The notes under the pieces: model-generated
Databases searched by the model: none
Seen by the model: only the letters and a program-made list of their open reading frames with translations
What the model was told of the DNA's origin: nothing
DNA from: Phoronis australis
Lineage: Eukaryota; Animalia; Phoronida
DNA length: 46,453 nucleotides
NCBI GenBank assembly: GCA_002633005.1
Contig: NMRA01000627.1
Span: forward strand, 10,895 to 57,347
Direction of reading: 5' to 3'
Shown here: piece after piece, positions 11,521 through 23,139 of the stretch
Position numbering within the stretch: the first letter of the stretch is position 1
Layout of the letters: each line of letters starts with the position of its first letter
Program-made: the position numbers and the translations under genes

Positions 11521-12235
11521 TACGGTAAAACCAAATGGGGAAGTATGACGGGCAAGTGAATTGTTTTCATAAAAGGAACATTCACACACAATGAATGCTT
11601 TAGCCACTGACCACCATACAATGTTTTCAGAAATTGTGGGCATTCACAACAATGAAGACAGGCCAATTTTGCAAATCATAATTTTGTCTTTATGGTGAAA
11701 TTTTGTACAAAAACATGGCATGAACATAGCATATACACCGAGTTTTGTAGAAAAGCATGGTATGATCATTGCATACACACACACAATTCATGTCCTTCAC
11801 CAGTATCCACGCTGTGCTGATTTTTTTATTTCCAAAAATTTCTGTTCGCAATGTGTTCTTGCAAAGTGTCACATGTCTGCAGTAATAGGTGACTGAGGTT
11901 GGTTGACAAACATCCCACAGAATATGATACGATGCTTCAAGAATGTTCATACTTGCAACGAGGCAGACTTCACCGTGAGCATCTTTGAAACCACTTCCGG
12001 AGATGTCATCAAGTAAAAAACCCAAAGTGCTCTCCGTGCCACTTTCTAGATGGAGCTCCACACAATCGGTAACTTTTACCTGGCTTAATTGAGAGTGAAA
12101 GACAATGTTCATGTAATGACTGCTTCACTTGCAATTCATGAATAGTGCAGGGAAAAAGGCACGAAATAATCTTCAATCTACGATACTAACTTCACTGTGT
12201 GAACCCATTTATGTTTGGCTGGTGATCCTACATAC

Positions 12236-12403
12236 CATAGCAGTCATCCTTTGAAGTCGATCCAGCGCCATCTGTTGTCTGCTTAGAATCAATTGAACAC
12301 AGCTGACAAGAGATCGCTGCTGTTTCATTTTGATATGAGCCAATGTCACAGTCTTGACAGGTCTTTGTTGAAACATTATAAAATGTTCCGGCAGCACACT
12401 CCA
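12236..12403 (-). CDS. Exon 16; ephrin-receptor-like (GCC2/GCC3) Cys-rich repeat 1
   Basis: aag|...|gtatgt, phase 1->1: VECAAGTFYNVSTKTCQDCDIGSYQNETAAISCQLCSIDSKQTTDGAGSTSKDDCY. Confidence 0.92.
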
Positions 12404-12750
12404 CTTTAAGTACCAAGAATAACATAACTTGTACATAAAATAACAACAAGTTAACAGTAATGTAGGACTGTCACAATTTGGTCTGACTTGTATATGATTT
12501 GAATATCAAGAGATTGCTGTTGTTAGTTGGTCTATACTGAGCCAACCCCTTTGTATAGTTATGCAAATGTGCTCGTTTGCAAGTGCAGGTAGCAGTCACC
12601 ATGATGCTGAGGCAGTCTACTGGTAGTTTGGGTGGAGGGCAGTAACTGCTTTGCCACGCTCTTAGTACTTTATATTTGAAGCACATGGTGCTCATACCAG
12701 TTAAAACGCTTTGGAACACGTGACCCTTAAGTTTTATCATCACGCAGCTG

Positions 12751-12980
12751 AACCATGAGTGCAGACGGCTGGTCAACCATGGGTGTGCAGACGGCTGGTC
12801 AACCATGAGTGTGCAGACGGCTGGTCAACCATGAGTGTGCAGACGGCTGGTCAACCATGAGTGTGCAGACGGCTGGTCAACCATGAGTGTGCAGACGGCT
12901 GGTCAACCATGAGTGTGCAGACGGCTGGTCAACTATGAGTGTGCAGACGGCTGGTCAACCATGAGTGTGCAGACGGCTGG
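12751..12980. repeat. 26-bp minisatellite, about 9 near-identical copies
   Basis: Unit AACCATGAGTGTGCAGACGGCTGGTC, head-to-tail with no spacers. Confidence 0.97.
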
Positions 12981-14831
12981 TGGTCAAGCTAGGCGTCGTA
13001 ATATTTGTCCAAGCAGTGACAAAATCTGTGATGCTGAGAAGCCAAAGTTGTGGCACGTGTAGGACAATAAAGAGACACTGAGACCCTTTTGAACTATAAT
13101 AATATTCGTATCGGCAATCATTATTATGAGTTTGTGTGTTTTGTGTGTGACTTTTTGAGAGGTAATATATATTATATAATTAACTAGTTCTGTTTTGTTA
13201 GACGAACTTGACAAGGACCTTTACAAAATGTGTCCAAATTTGGCTTACTGCAGAATATCGTATCTCAGAGATGGCTAGTTGAATTCATATGACACTTTCA
13301 CACATTACATACACTTTAGGCACTTTTGCATGAGAGGCTATCAAAAAGTAGCACCCTCGTGATTTTTATGAAAAACTTTTGCAATAATGTATAAAACAAA
13401 AACAAAATTACAATTTAAAAAGCTATAATGGCGGTTTGGAGACTTTATCTTAAGGTTATCTCAAACCTCCGATACCAACTTGTATATCTCAAATTTGACT
13501 TAGTGGCCTCCATTCTAACTCGTATATCAAAAAACTAAGCTTTGTCAACTAGTAAAAGTATATATTTTCTGAAAGAACAAAGATCAGGGAATATAAAAAT
13601 GTTTTGCATTTATGTACCATTATCATTATTACGTTAACATCTATTTTAAGTCAAAATTTCACTTTTAGGTACTTTCATAGTAAAATAACCCCTAGGTCGA
13701 TTTCAATGAAACCTTTATTTTTAAATGAAAACTTGACCAGCTACATCAAAAAAGCTGTAAGGAATTTTTGATTAGTCCTTTCATTTGGTTTCTATGACAA
13801 ATCAAATTGCAAACGTAAGGAATTTTTGTAAAAAACAGACGTTGTATTCGTCTTTGTTACATTACAACAAAACTATGCCTTTTTATCAAAAATCCTAAAG
13901 TGAAAATCTCAAAGTCTTCACTTAAAAATTTGTTGAAAACTTGTTTTCGGTAAATATAACCTATACGTGCTTTAACCATGTTAGCTATTTCAACATTCAC
14001 TCGCAATAACAACTGAATTTGCAGTGCGCAATTAACTTTTATCATTAAAACATACCGTCCTTAGCCATGAGGTAGGACCAACTGTGCAGGTCACAGTTCA
14101 TTGTTACTATTAAGTAGTTTGTATATATCACCTGCCGGGAGACTGATACGAAACCAAGTAAGAAATGGATAACAAAATCGAGTCGGTGGTTAAAGCATGT
14201 CGTTAGCATGAGATCGAAATAGCAAAATATCAAATGAATTTACTTAGTACTGAATTAAGGAATTTGGGTGAGGATTTATCTTCTTTTCGCAACTTGCTGT
14301 GTTCATGTCCACAGAGGCGTGAGGCGACGCGTAGCATTCGTTCATAGCTTCAACAGATATTTGAGCATTTAGCTGAATGCACAAACCTGTAGATGTCATC
14401 CAACATATACCTAACAAATTAATGAATGCATGGCACATCATAAATCCTACCTCCTTCAAAGCAGTTCAACACTGTTTTAAAATGTTTACTATAAAAATAC
14501 AACTGTGCAATACTTGGAATTTAGCCCAGAGGTGCCAGAGAGCATGATTATGTCTTAAGACTGAGATAGTGATAAAACTGTCCATACAACTGTATGCAGC
14601 AATGATGTGATAATGTTTGGTCTTAACACTGAGATAGTGATAAAACTGACCATACAACTGTATGTGATAATTCTAGACCAATACTTTATCTTGAAGTTTT
14701 AAATCACTTCCTGGCATCAGTTCCCATGTCATCTATCATTCAGCATGGACATGGATGGAATACAGGTCCCACAAAATAGAATCCATAAACAGGTCAGGTT
14801 CAAGTTCAATGTAAGTCAGAGAGGAACTTAC

Positions 14832-14928
14832 CACAGGCATCAGTTTCATACACAGTTCCATTAGGGCAGTCTGCTTCAGACTCAACCACTGTCTCAGGAA
14901 GCTGTGTTGTATTAATCACAGAGAGACC
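14832..14928 (-). CDS. Exon 15; spacer plus CPxG lead-in to the Cys-rich repeats
   Basis: cag|...|gtaagt, phase 0->1: GLSVINTTQLPETVVESEADCPNGTVYETDAC. Confidence 0.88.
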
Positions 14929-15354
14929 CTGAGAAAAAAGATTTAACAATGCTATGAGAGGAAGAAATGAACTGAATATGGCCAATGTAATGCATGAATA
15001 TATAAAAAAATGTAAAAATATGCAGAGACTGAAAATGGTTGCTGGTGTTTTGTTGTGGCTGGTCATAGAAAGTTTACATTGAACAACAACAGCATAAGTA
15101 CGTAAGAGAAAGTAGGTACTCCAGCTAAAATAGAGAGACACTTGAAACATTCCAAAAGGTGTTCAGTAATGCCATAAAACGAATGAAACAGAACAAAAAC
15201 ATTTTGAAAAATAATCCTTAATGATTAATCAATGAAACATCGTGAGGAAACGGATAAAGAGTGATTTTGATCAGATTTCAAAATACAATTTACGTATTTA
15301 CTATATCTAAGTACACAATCATATGGGAGGAATACAAGATTGTGACATTCTTAC

Positions 15355-15448
15355 CAAGTCTCGCAAAGCAGTTGTGTTGTCCACAAGTTCCTTGTTTAAG
15401 ATGTCTTGTGTTGCCATGGTTTCATTATCTGTGCTATTGAGTGTGGTC
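15355..15448 (-). CDS. Exon 14; acidic spacer
   Basis: cag|...|gtaaga, phase 2->0: ETTLNSTDNETMATQDILNKELVDNTTALRDL; required to bridge the phases of exons 13 and 15. Confidence 0.85.
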
Positions 15449-16994
15449 CTGAAATGGCAATTTCAACACTAAATACACGCATGAGGCGTAAAGAATGCAA
15501 AAGTTGACTGGATGTCAATCTATAATTGTGGCACACAAAAGAATAATTTTGAAAATTGGTTTAGTGAAATTTGTAGAATGCGAGCTAAAATATTATGTAA
15601 AATTGCTCAACAAATGCTGGATAGAAGAAATAACAGACCAAGCATGTCACAAACTCCAGGATATCAGAAATTAAATGAAGTGCATATGAACAATTGACGC
15701 TAGTGACACCTAGTGACACCTAGTTTGCTTAAAGTTATGTAGGACTACACTGGCAAGTGTGTACTTTAGTCAAATATCTACAAAACTATAGAATTTGACT
15801 CAGCAACAGAATATAATAATTTATGAAGTAGAAATTCCGTAGAGTTTGATTTTTGAATTTATATATCAACTGTCAGAAATTAGGTCTCATGACCTTGCTT
15901 TCCAGGAAAATTTAGCAGAAAAGAAACAAGAGGACCAATAACAAGACCAAAGTTTGTATGATATAAATGTTCAAGATAAAATTTCATGAAACTGTTACAG
16001 TTTTCTAAATTATCATTTCGCTGCCATTTTGTGCAACTTTAAGATATTTTCAAAAAAATCAGGAGTCCCATTTTTGATAACCCAACATGCAAAACATTTT
16101 AAAAACAATTCCTAACACCGTTTTGGACAACAGTGCCCAAGGCAAGATACTAAAGTTTCTTATGAATCTGAGCAGCCCTTTCTGACACGCGACGCCCTCA
16201 AGTTGGCCAATATTGGATATTTTCCATAACCTCATAGTGTAACTTGCAGGCTATTTCCTTATCTCTGTGATTGCTTGGCCAAATTACTTTGAAACAAATA
16301 TATAACAACGATGTGAATATGAAGTAGGTTGAAAATTGCCAAATGTTATTAAGAACCAGTGTTGTGGCGAAAATGATCTGCCGCAAATCAATGAACCGTG
16401 TCCAGTAAGTATCGTGATGGGGTGTTGGGGAATAACAAGTTGTCAGTGAATACAAAAAATGCACATTGTTTAGGATAGATTATGTTAAAATAACATTGTG
16501 GTTTAGTTCTTGTTATAAATTAGCTTAGTAAGGAACATGCAAATACATCTTTAAGTCTGAAAAGCACTCGAGAAATGGCAGCCAGCTTGGTGATTACGTA
16601 GACATTAGACAAATGACTAAAACTATAGGCAAACATCATGACTTCTCAACTATGGTCTTTATTTTGATTTAATTTTCCAACAACATTTTAATTGCCCAGT
16701 CAAGGGAATGGTCATCATTCATGCAACACAAAATATACTAATCTGTAACTTGTTAAATATGATTATATAGGTTATCCCACATACATAGGAATACTACTGC
16801 CATATCCTATCGAGAATTCATTTCCTCTGGGAATGTCCCAACGAGACTGAAGCTGCGAGCAGATAACTGTCTCAAAAAAAAATAGAAAACATTCTAATAT
16901 GTCGAGTGTGTATTATACAGAGGCTGAGAGATGAATCATTGAAATGAACAATCGCTCTACTTATGGACGTAATAAGCTTAAGTAATTAACTTAC

Positions 16995-17247
16995 TCAGTG
17001 TCATCAAGTTCGATGGTTACTGTACCAGGAATTTCAGTGTTGCGCTTCTTTCTGAACCCTGTGCATCTCAACACAACACGAATACGATTGCAGTTGCTAT
17101 CACGGCACAAACCTTTCCACCGCCTATTCAGTCGCCCAAATAAAGCCCTGACAAATGTGCGTATATGGATTTCCAAAGTAAAAGAGCACTGCAGGATGAA
17201 GACGTAACGTGACCTCAAACGATATCGCTGTCTAAGTCTTCGCACAC
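16995..17247 (-). CDS. Exon 13; Arg-rich region with RKKR furin-type site
   Basis: tag|...|gtaagt, phase 1->2: RVRRLRQRYRLRSRYVFILQC...WKGLCRDSNCNRIRVVLRCTGFRKKRNTEIPGTVTIELDDT. Confidence 0.88.
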
Positions 17248-17552
17248 CTACAGGTAGGGGGATACATGAAGATCTATAAGCAACAGATGTGGTCTTTGAC
17301 TTTACACTGAAGGACTGCCATGGGCATATCTAAGAATTTGAGGTATTTCATCTGCCACTGTCATTTTTTAAATGCAGTCCCAAAAAGCATGTCACCAAGC
17401 TATCTGTAATATCACTGATACTTTATTTACGACACCTGTCCCAAAATGCATTTGGAAAACGACAAGAATGCTGTAGACAAAATCCTTTGAGTTACACATA
17501 GAACAATTAGTGAAGTGAGTAACTTAGTGCATTGAGCAAGTATGGACTGTAT

Positions 17553-17632
17553 AGAATACTTATGTCCACAAGAGGGAGCCCTGAACCTGTCCTTTCTCCC
17601 ATGCCACAGCCCTGTGATCCACACATCATATA
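17553..17632 (-). pseudogene. Dead partial duplicate of the 3' end of the Sushi exon
   Basis: Encodes GLWHGRKDRFRAPSCG vs GLWNGRRGRFRAPSCG; the donor is mutated GT->AT (ataagtattc). Confidence 0.85.
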
Positions 17633-17710
17633 GATAGCAATGATACAGCTCAGTTACCAGCTTGTGACGACTATAATTTTACATGCAAGAGGCATCAACT
17701 GAATACTTAC

Positions 17711-17905
17711 GACCACAAGAGGGAGCCCTAAACCTCCCCCTTCTTCCATTCCACAGTCCCAGTGGTCCACATGTCATGTACTTAGCACGTCTCCTTGGAA
17801 GTCTATAACCAGCATTACACACAACTCTGCATTTTCTTCCAAGCCTGTACTGTTTACACTTCAGTTTACCGTGTCGAGGTGCTCTAGGCATCACACAGTT
17901 CTCAC
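17711..17905 (-). CDS. Exon 12; Sushi/CCP domain (6-Cys, very basic)
   Basis: cag|...|gtaagt, phase 1->1: GENCVMPRAPRHGKLKCKQYRLGRKCRVVCNAGYRLPRRRAKYMTCGPLGLWNGRRGRFRAPSCG. Confidence 0.92.
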
Positions 17906-18239
17906 CTGAAATTCAAACGCTTCTTACATCATACATCTGCTAATTTTTGAACAAAGTATTAAATAAGAATAACATACTAGTTAGTTATGCATAGCACTTT
18001 CTTAAAGGTACATTCTCCAGGTCAAGAACCAAATAATATAAATTTTAATGTCTAGTACAGTTGTTATAGTATTAACAGTGTAGTTTTGTTTTTTTAGAAT
18101 CGAACTAAAGAAAATTGTACGAGACGGATGCCTGTAACTGTTTATTGGTTTCGCGTATCTCAATGAAGTTTTAAAACCGACACTTGTTTTTGCCGACACT
18201 CACAGGCATATTGCTTTAAATTGTTAACTAACTTGGTCA

Positions 18240-19480
18240 CAATAATACAAAAGCCGGAAATCAACTAATTTAGGCGCATCCCAACAAAACAACAACTTGA
18301 CAAGTTCAGTCAAAAAATCTTGAAAGCCATTTGACAATAAACAATGGGCAAGCAATATATTGTCAAAACCTAAACTCACCAACGTGGGTGCAATTTAACT
18401 CAATATGTCTAATAATGAACAGAATGCTGTCATATCTCAGTTATAAATTAAAGTCGCTTGTCAAGTCTCAACAAAATCTGTCTTTCCATTTTGACAATAA
18501 GAAAGGGACCACCATTGTGTTAAAAATGCAACAGGGGTGCTACTGCAGTGAACTCCGTGCAAAAATTGCCAGTGCTGGAGCAATCCCACCATACATCTGT
18601 GTCTAGTTTTGTCAAAATCTGCCAAGCGATTTTAGCAATAATGCACAGACAAGCAATATTTTGTCAAAAACTACTTGAAAACCAAGACTGGGGTGTGCCA
18701 CAGTTATCAAATCCATCCAAAAATCAATAGTTAACAGCACAACCCAAGTCCAGCAGTGCTGTTATAATAATTGACAGTAAAGTCAACAACCGAAATTGCC
18801 AACAGGGGAGGAGGGTAGTCAAATTCGAAAAACAACTGGTAATGGTGTTTTCCCTCCAAATACACAATGCGTTAAGAGATGGCAAAAACTGACATATAAG
18901 CAATTTATTATTAGAAAACTGAAATGGTCAACAGGGAGTGCCATGGTATGTGTCCGAAAAGCAATTGAGGCTTGTCACTATGTACTTCTGCAAAATTGCT
19001 TTTGGTAATTGGATACCATCTTTACCAAGAGTCAAATTTCTTAAACAACCTTTTAAGTTATTAATTGTAGACCCATAAATTATTTTAAAATCTTTCTTAA
19101 TCACAGAATCTTATTATGTGCAAAAAATAATCATGTGATTGTGAACTTCTTGGCATCTTTGGAGCACATCATCAAGTTTTGTAAAAATAAAATTTGCAGT
19201 TTAACGGGTCTACTATTAATACTTAGGGTAATTAAGGTAACCTATTATAAAAATGACTTGTTGAAAACTAAAACAATCAACAGGGGGTGCCACGGTAGTC
19301 AAATTCGTCAAAGAGATTGGTGCTGGCACATCGTCTCCACTAAAGTGCATCAATGCCAAATTTTATCATCATCCATCAAGCGGTTTTTGAGATAATCCAA
19401 TGATAAGCAAAGATAACAGACAGACACAAAGCAAACTGCATGTGAACATAATTTTTTATGCACACGAAAAGAGTTAAAAA
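18240..19480. mobile_element. Old pearl/HINE-like repeat remnant
   Basis: Degenerate recurring motifs (CAACAGGGG..GCC, AAGTTT..TCAAAATC) ending in ACAGACAGAC; boundaries approximate. Confidence 0.4.
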
Positions 19481-19618
19481 GCTCACTACAAATATTTTGA
19501 CAACCATAAGTAACAATGATAACAGCTCAATGGATTATAATTTGTTTCATTACTTTGAAGAAAATCAATAAAGGCATGACTTCACTTTGATGTTTTGGCT
19601 AAGTCTAACATCATTGGA

Positions 19619-19949
19619 CAGTATATAAAATGTTCACTAACTTAGAGACGTGGTTGGTTGTTGGCAGACGTTTCGAGCTGGTCCGCCAGGTCTTTGCCGA
19701 TGAATGAGGGATTTCCCGCCTTAGGCTCGTTAAGAATGCAGCGCCCCCTCTTGAACCGAGACAGAGGACTCCACCTACCCTCCGTGTACTCCAGCATTCT
19801 TAACGAGCGTAAGGCGAGAAATCCCTCATTCATCAACATCGACCTGGCGGACCAGCTCAAAACGTCTGCCAACAACCAACCACGTCTCTAAGTAAGTGAA
19901 CATTTTATATACAATGCCTCTAGAGACCAATGACGAACCTATTCTCCAG
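19619..19949 (+). mobile_element. Miniature Penelope-like insertion with inverted terminal arms
   Basis: ~119-bp inverted arms 19621-19739 / 19794-19912; the centre encodes PLLNRDRGLHLPSVYSSIL (GIY-YIG C-terminus); ~37-nt tail on the right arm only; 11-bp direct repeat ACATCATTGGA at 19608-19618 and 19950-19960. Confidence 0.85.
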
Positions 19950-20287
19950 ACATCATTGGATACTATAATGAAAATTTCTTCACACCCAATCAACTTCTAA
20001 TAACATGCTCTATCTCTGTCAACTACTCCGCGAATAACTGCAAAATTCCTGCATTTGACGTAAGCAAATATCAGGAATCTGGGTTAACTTACAAAATTTA
20101 ATGAGTCTAAAAAGACTAAAAAGGAGACCAGGAGGATAAATCTGGAAAGAGCTGTGTTGTGAACCAGGTCCTCTAGAATTATCTCCCTGATAATCATGCC
20201 AGCAACATGCAATCAGAAGTTTGCACGTGATTCGGCATCCCAAAAAGAGCTGCTGTACTTCTATCTTGTGTCAGACTTGAACACAAG

Positions 20288-21390
20288 TCCTGCTTGTTTG
20301 ATTTGCATCTTTCGTGAGTTTTTACTACAATTTACACCAGTCCAAACTCCTGATTGTTTGATTTGCATCTTTGTTGAGTTTTTACAACGTTTTACATCAG
20401 TCCAAACTCCTGATTGTTTAATTTGCATCTTTGGTGAGTTTTTACTACTATTTACATCAGTTCAAATGCTACATTGTTTGATTTGCATCTTTGGTGAGTT
20501 CTTACTACTATTTGCATCTTTGGTGAGTATTTACTGCAGTAACCTATTTATATCGTTGGTGAGTTTTTACTACTATTTACATCTTTGGTGAGTTTTTACT
20601 ACTATTTACATCAGTCCAAACTCCTGATTGTTTTATTTGCATCTTTGGTGAGTTTTACTACTATAGTCCAAATGCTAGATTGTTTGATCTGCATCTTTGG
20701 TGAGTTTTTACTATTTACATCGTTGGTGAGTTTTAATACTATTTACATCGTTGGTGAGTTTTTAATACTATTTACATCGTTGGTGAGTATTTACTACTAT
20801 TTACATCATTGGTGAGTATTTACTATTTACATTGTTGGTATTTCCTACTATTTACATCGTTGGTGAGTATTTACTATTATTTACATCATTGGTGAGTTTT
20901 TACTACTACTTACATCTTTGGAGAGTATTTACTACTATTTACATCTTTGGTGAGTATTTACTACTATTTACATCTTTGGTGAGTACTTACTACTATTTAC
21001 ATCTTTGGTGAGTATTTACTATTTACATCGTTGGTGAATATTTACTACTATTTACATCGTTGGTGAGTACTTACTATTATTTACATCTTTGGTGAGTACT
21101 TACTACTAATTACATCTTTGGTGAGTACTTACTACTATTTACATCGTTGGTGAGTATTTACTACTGCTTACATCTTTGGTGAGTACTTACTACTGTTTAC
21201 ATCTTTGGTGAGTACTTACTACTATTTACATCTTTGGTGCATATTTACTACTATTTACATCTTTGGTGAGTATTTACTACTATTTACATCGTTGGTGAGT
21301 ATTTACTACTATTTACATCTTTGGTGAGTACTTACTACTATTTACATCTTTGGTGAGTATTTACTACTATTTACATCAGTCCAAACTCTA
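20288..21390. repeat. Compound minisatellite: 60-bp units grading into ~29-bp units
   Basis: The left part repeats TCCTGATTGTTTGATTTGCATCTTTGGTGAG...CAGTCCAAAC (60 bp); the right part repeats TTTACATCTTTGGTGAGTATTTACTACTA. Confidence 0.95.
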
Positions 21391-21479
21391 GATTTTCTGC
21401 AGCTGCAACAACTCATGAAGATTACAGGCTCTTTATAGAATTCTGAGCAACAAAAGGACATCACACTAGATACACTGAC

Positions 21480-21598
21480 CATCCTCGATGACACGCTGAC
21501 AGAGAAAACGCCTCTTTTCCTTACAGTCCACAGCAGTGATGTTGCCACTAGATGGCTCCACAGCCACACAGTCCTTGGATTCTGTATTTCCTATCACC
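21480..21598 (-). CDS. Exon 11; C-type lectin-like domain, second part
   Basis: aag|...|gtcagt (both weaker sites), phase 2->1: TVIGNTESKDCVAVEPSSGNITAVDCKEKRRFLCQRVIED; CTLD C...C...FLCQ pattern; restores frame. Confidence 0.8.
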
Positions 21599-22201
21599 CT
21601 TTAATGAAAAACATAGTTCACAAATTTTATTTTCTCCTTTTAACTTTCAAGGATAGGCATTTATGATTAAAAACCTCAAAAAGCAGAGTGAAGATGAATA
21701 TGTCAAGACATAAAAAAACTAAGAAACTGTTAAGTAAGTAAAATATCTTTAGAGTTCATTACAGTCGATAGGGTTACACAGAAAATGACTGTATATTGCC
21801 AAATAATTAGTCTGAAGAGTATGATTTTGTCACGTTTTTCAAGCTGTTGCTCACCAAAGAATTATAACTAGGTAACACAGAATTGACATTTGATTTTACT
21901 AAAAGAAAGCACATCACAGTCCTGGATTTGACTATAAAATACTAGCACAGAAAGAACCCCATAGTTATCATATCCCAACTGGTAAGTTTGTTTAAGACAA
22001 ATCCACCAATTGGCTTCCTTCTAAAACTGTTGATATCCTCAGAGTCATTGAAGACCATAAACAGATTGGAAACAAATCTGGCCTAATGTGTAGAGACCAA
22101 TCCATAGCTGGTACATCACTTCATCAATTCTGCCCAGGACACAACACAATCGACTCGTTACCTATGAACCAGCCATTGGAAATAGAGGTTAGCGAAGATT
22201 C

Positions 22202-22452
22202 AAGGGGATGGTTCCAAGAAAACTGATTCAACTAAGACAAATCTTAAATTTAATTCAGCTTTAACATAAAACTTCAATTCGAAGAAAGTGATCTTAAGTT
22301 TGACTTAAGCTTTTGACTTAAGCTTTTGACTCAAGTTTTGTCTTAAGTTTAACTAACTTACTGGATGTGGAAGTTTCAAAGTTTGAAAGTTGAGACAAAT
22401 CTTAGACTTAAATCAAAAACAAACTTAAGTGGTTTCTTGGAAAGGGCCCCAG
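22202..22452. mobile_element. Degenerate MITE
   Basis: Imperfect TIR-like ends (GGGG..TTCCAAGAAA / TTTCTTGGAA..CCCC) with internal GACTTAAG repeats. Confidence 0.45.
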
Positions 22453-22580
22453 GTGTAGTTATGGGCATGAATGGATTGCCTGTCACCCGCAAACTGAGTA
22501 AACTTCTAAAAGTAACAAAGTTTTTTACATAAAAGCTAGGGCCTTGACATAGGTAAAACTGCGATATAGCCATGACTTAC

Positions 22581-22830
22581 GTGCCAACATTGGAATCAAA
22601 ACCATTTGGTTGGACAAATTTTCCCTCTTTCTTCTGGTCACTTGGGCCTAACATAACCAAACCCATGTACTTTTTAACTAAATATTCTCGCAGAGATTCC
22701 TGTCCTGATTCAACAGGGTTAGCCAATATTCCAAAGAGCCTGGAGCACGTATTCAATGCCTTCTTGTACGTTGCTTCATTGTTGGACAGAGTGTAACATA
22801 CATTAGAAATAGTGTATCCACTGCAACCAG
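22581..22830 (-). CDS. Exon 10; C-type lectin-like domain, first part
   Basis: cag|...|gtaagt, phase 1->2: SGCSGYTISNVCYTLSNNEATYKKALNTCSRLFGILANPVESGQESLREYLVKKYMGLVMLGPSDQKKEGKFVQPNGFDSNVG. Confidence 0.85.
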
Positions 22831-23139
22831 CTGAAATCAGAGAAAAAGATTTACTAGTTTATTTTAATTACAAAATGTAACAAAACCTCACCTGACACTT
22901 CATGTAGCTCACAGCCCAAAACACGAACAACAAACACATCTCAACTACACAAAATATTCTCAGACCTTCCCATCAAATGAGAGACTGAAGAGGATGACTA
23001 TTGTTCATTTCTTAGTAGGCTAAGAGGTTATTTTGAGCAACAGTACAAAAGAGTAACAACAAGTGCCCCCACACTGCATCATAAATTGTATGTTTATAGT
23101 TTATGTCAACAGAGGTATGAGGCTGTTACAAACAAATTT

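Noticed and set aside
12751-12980. CRISPR-like regular repeat
   Set aside because: The units are contiguous with no unique spacers, there are no cas genes, and it lies in a eukaryotic intron; it is a minisatellite.
12989-14400. Probable DNA-transposon-derived sequence
   Set aside because: Looks repeat-like, but I could not identify matching termini or a target duplication.
19642-19891. Mirror-image 77-aa ORFs on both strands
   Set aside because: A consequence of the palindrome; only the central GIY-YIG remnant is meaningful.
20196-20815. Hydrophobic repeat ORFs (CLICIFGEFLL)
   Set aside because: Produced by the 60-bp repeat unit; antisense to the host gene with no domain signature.
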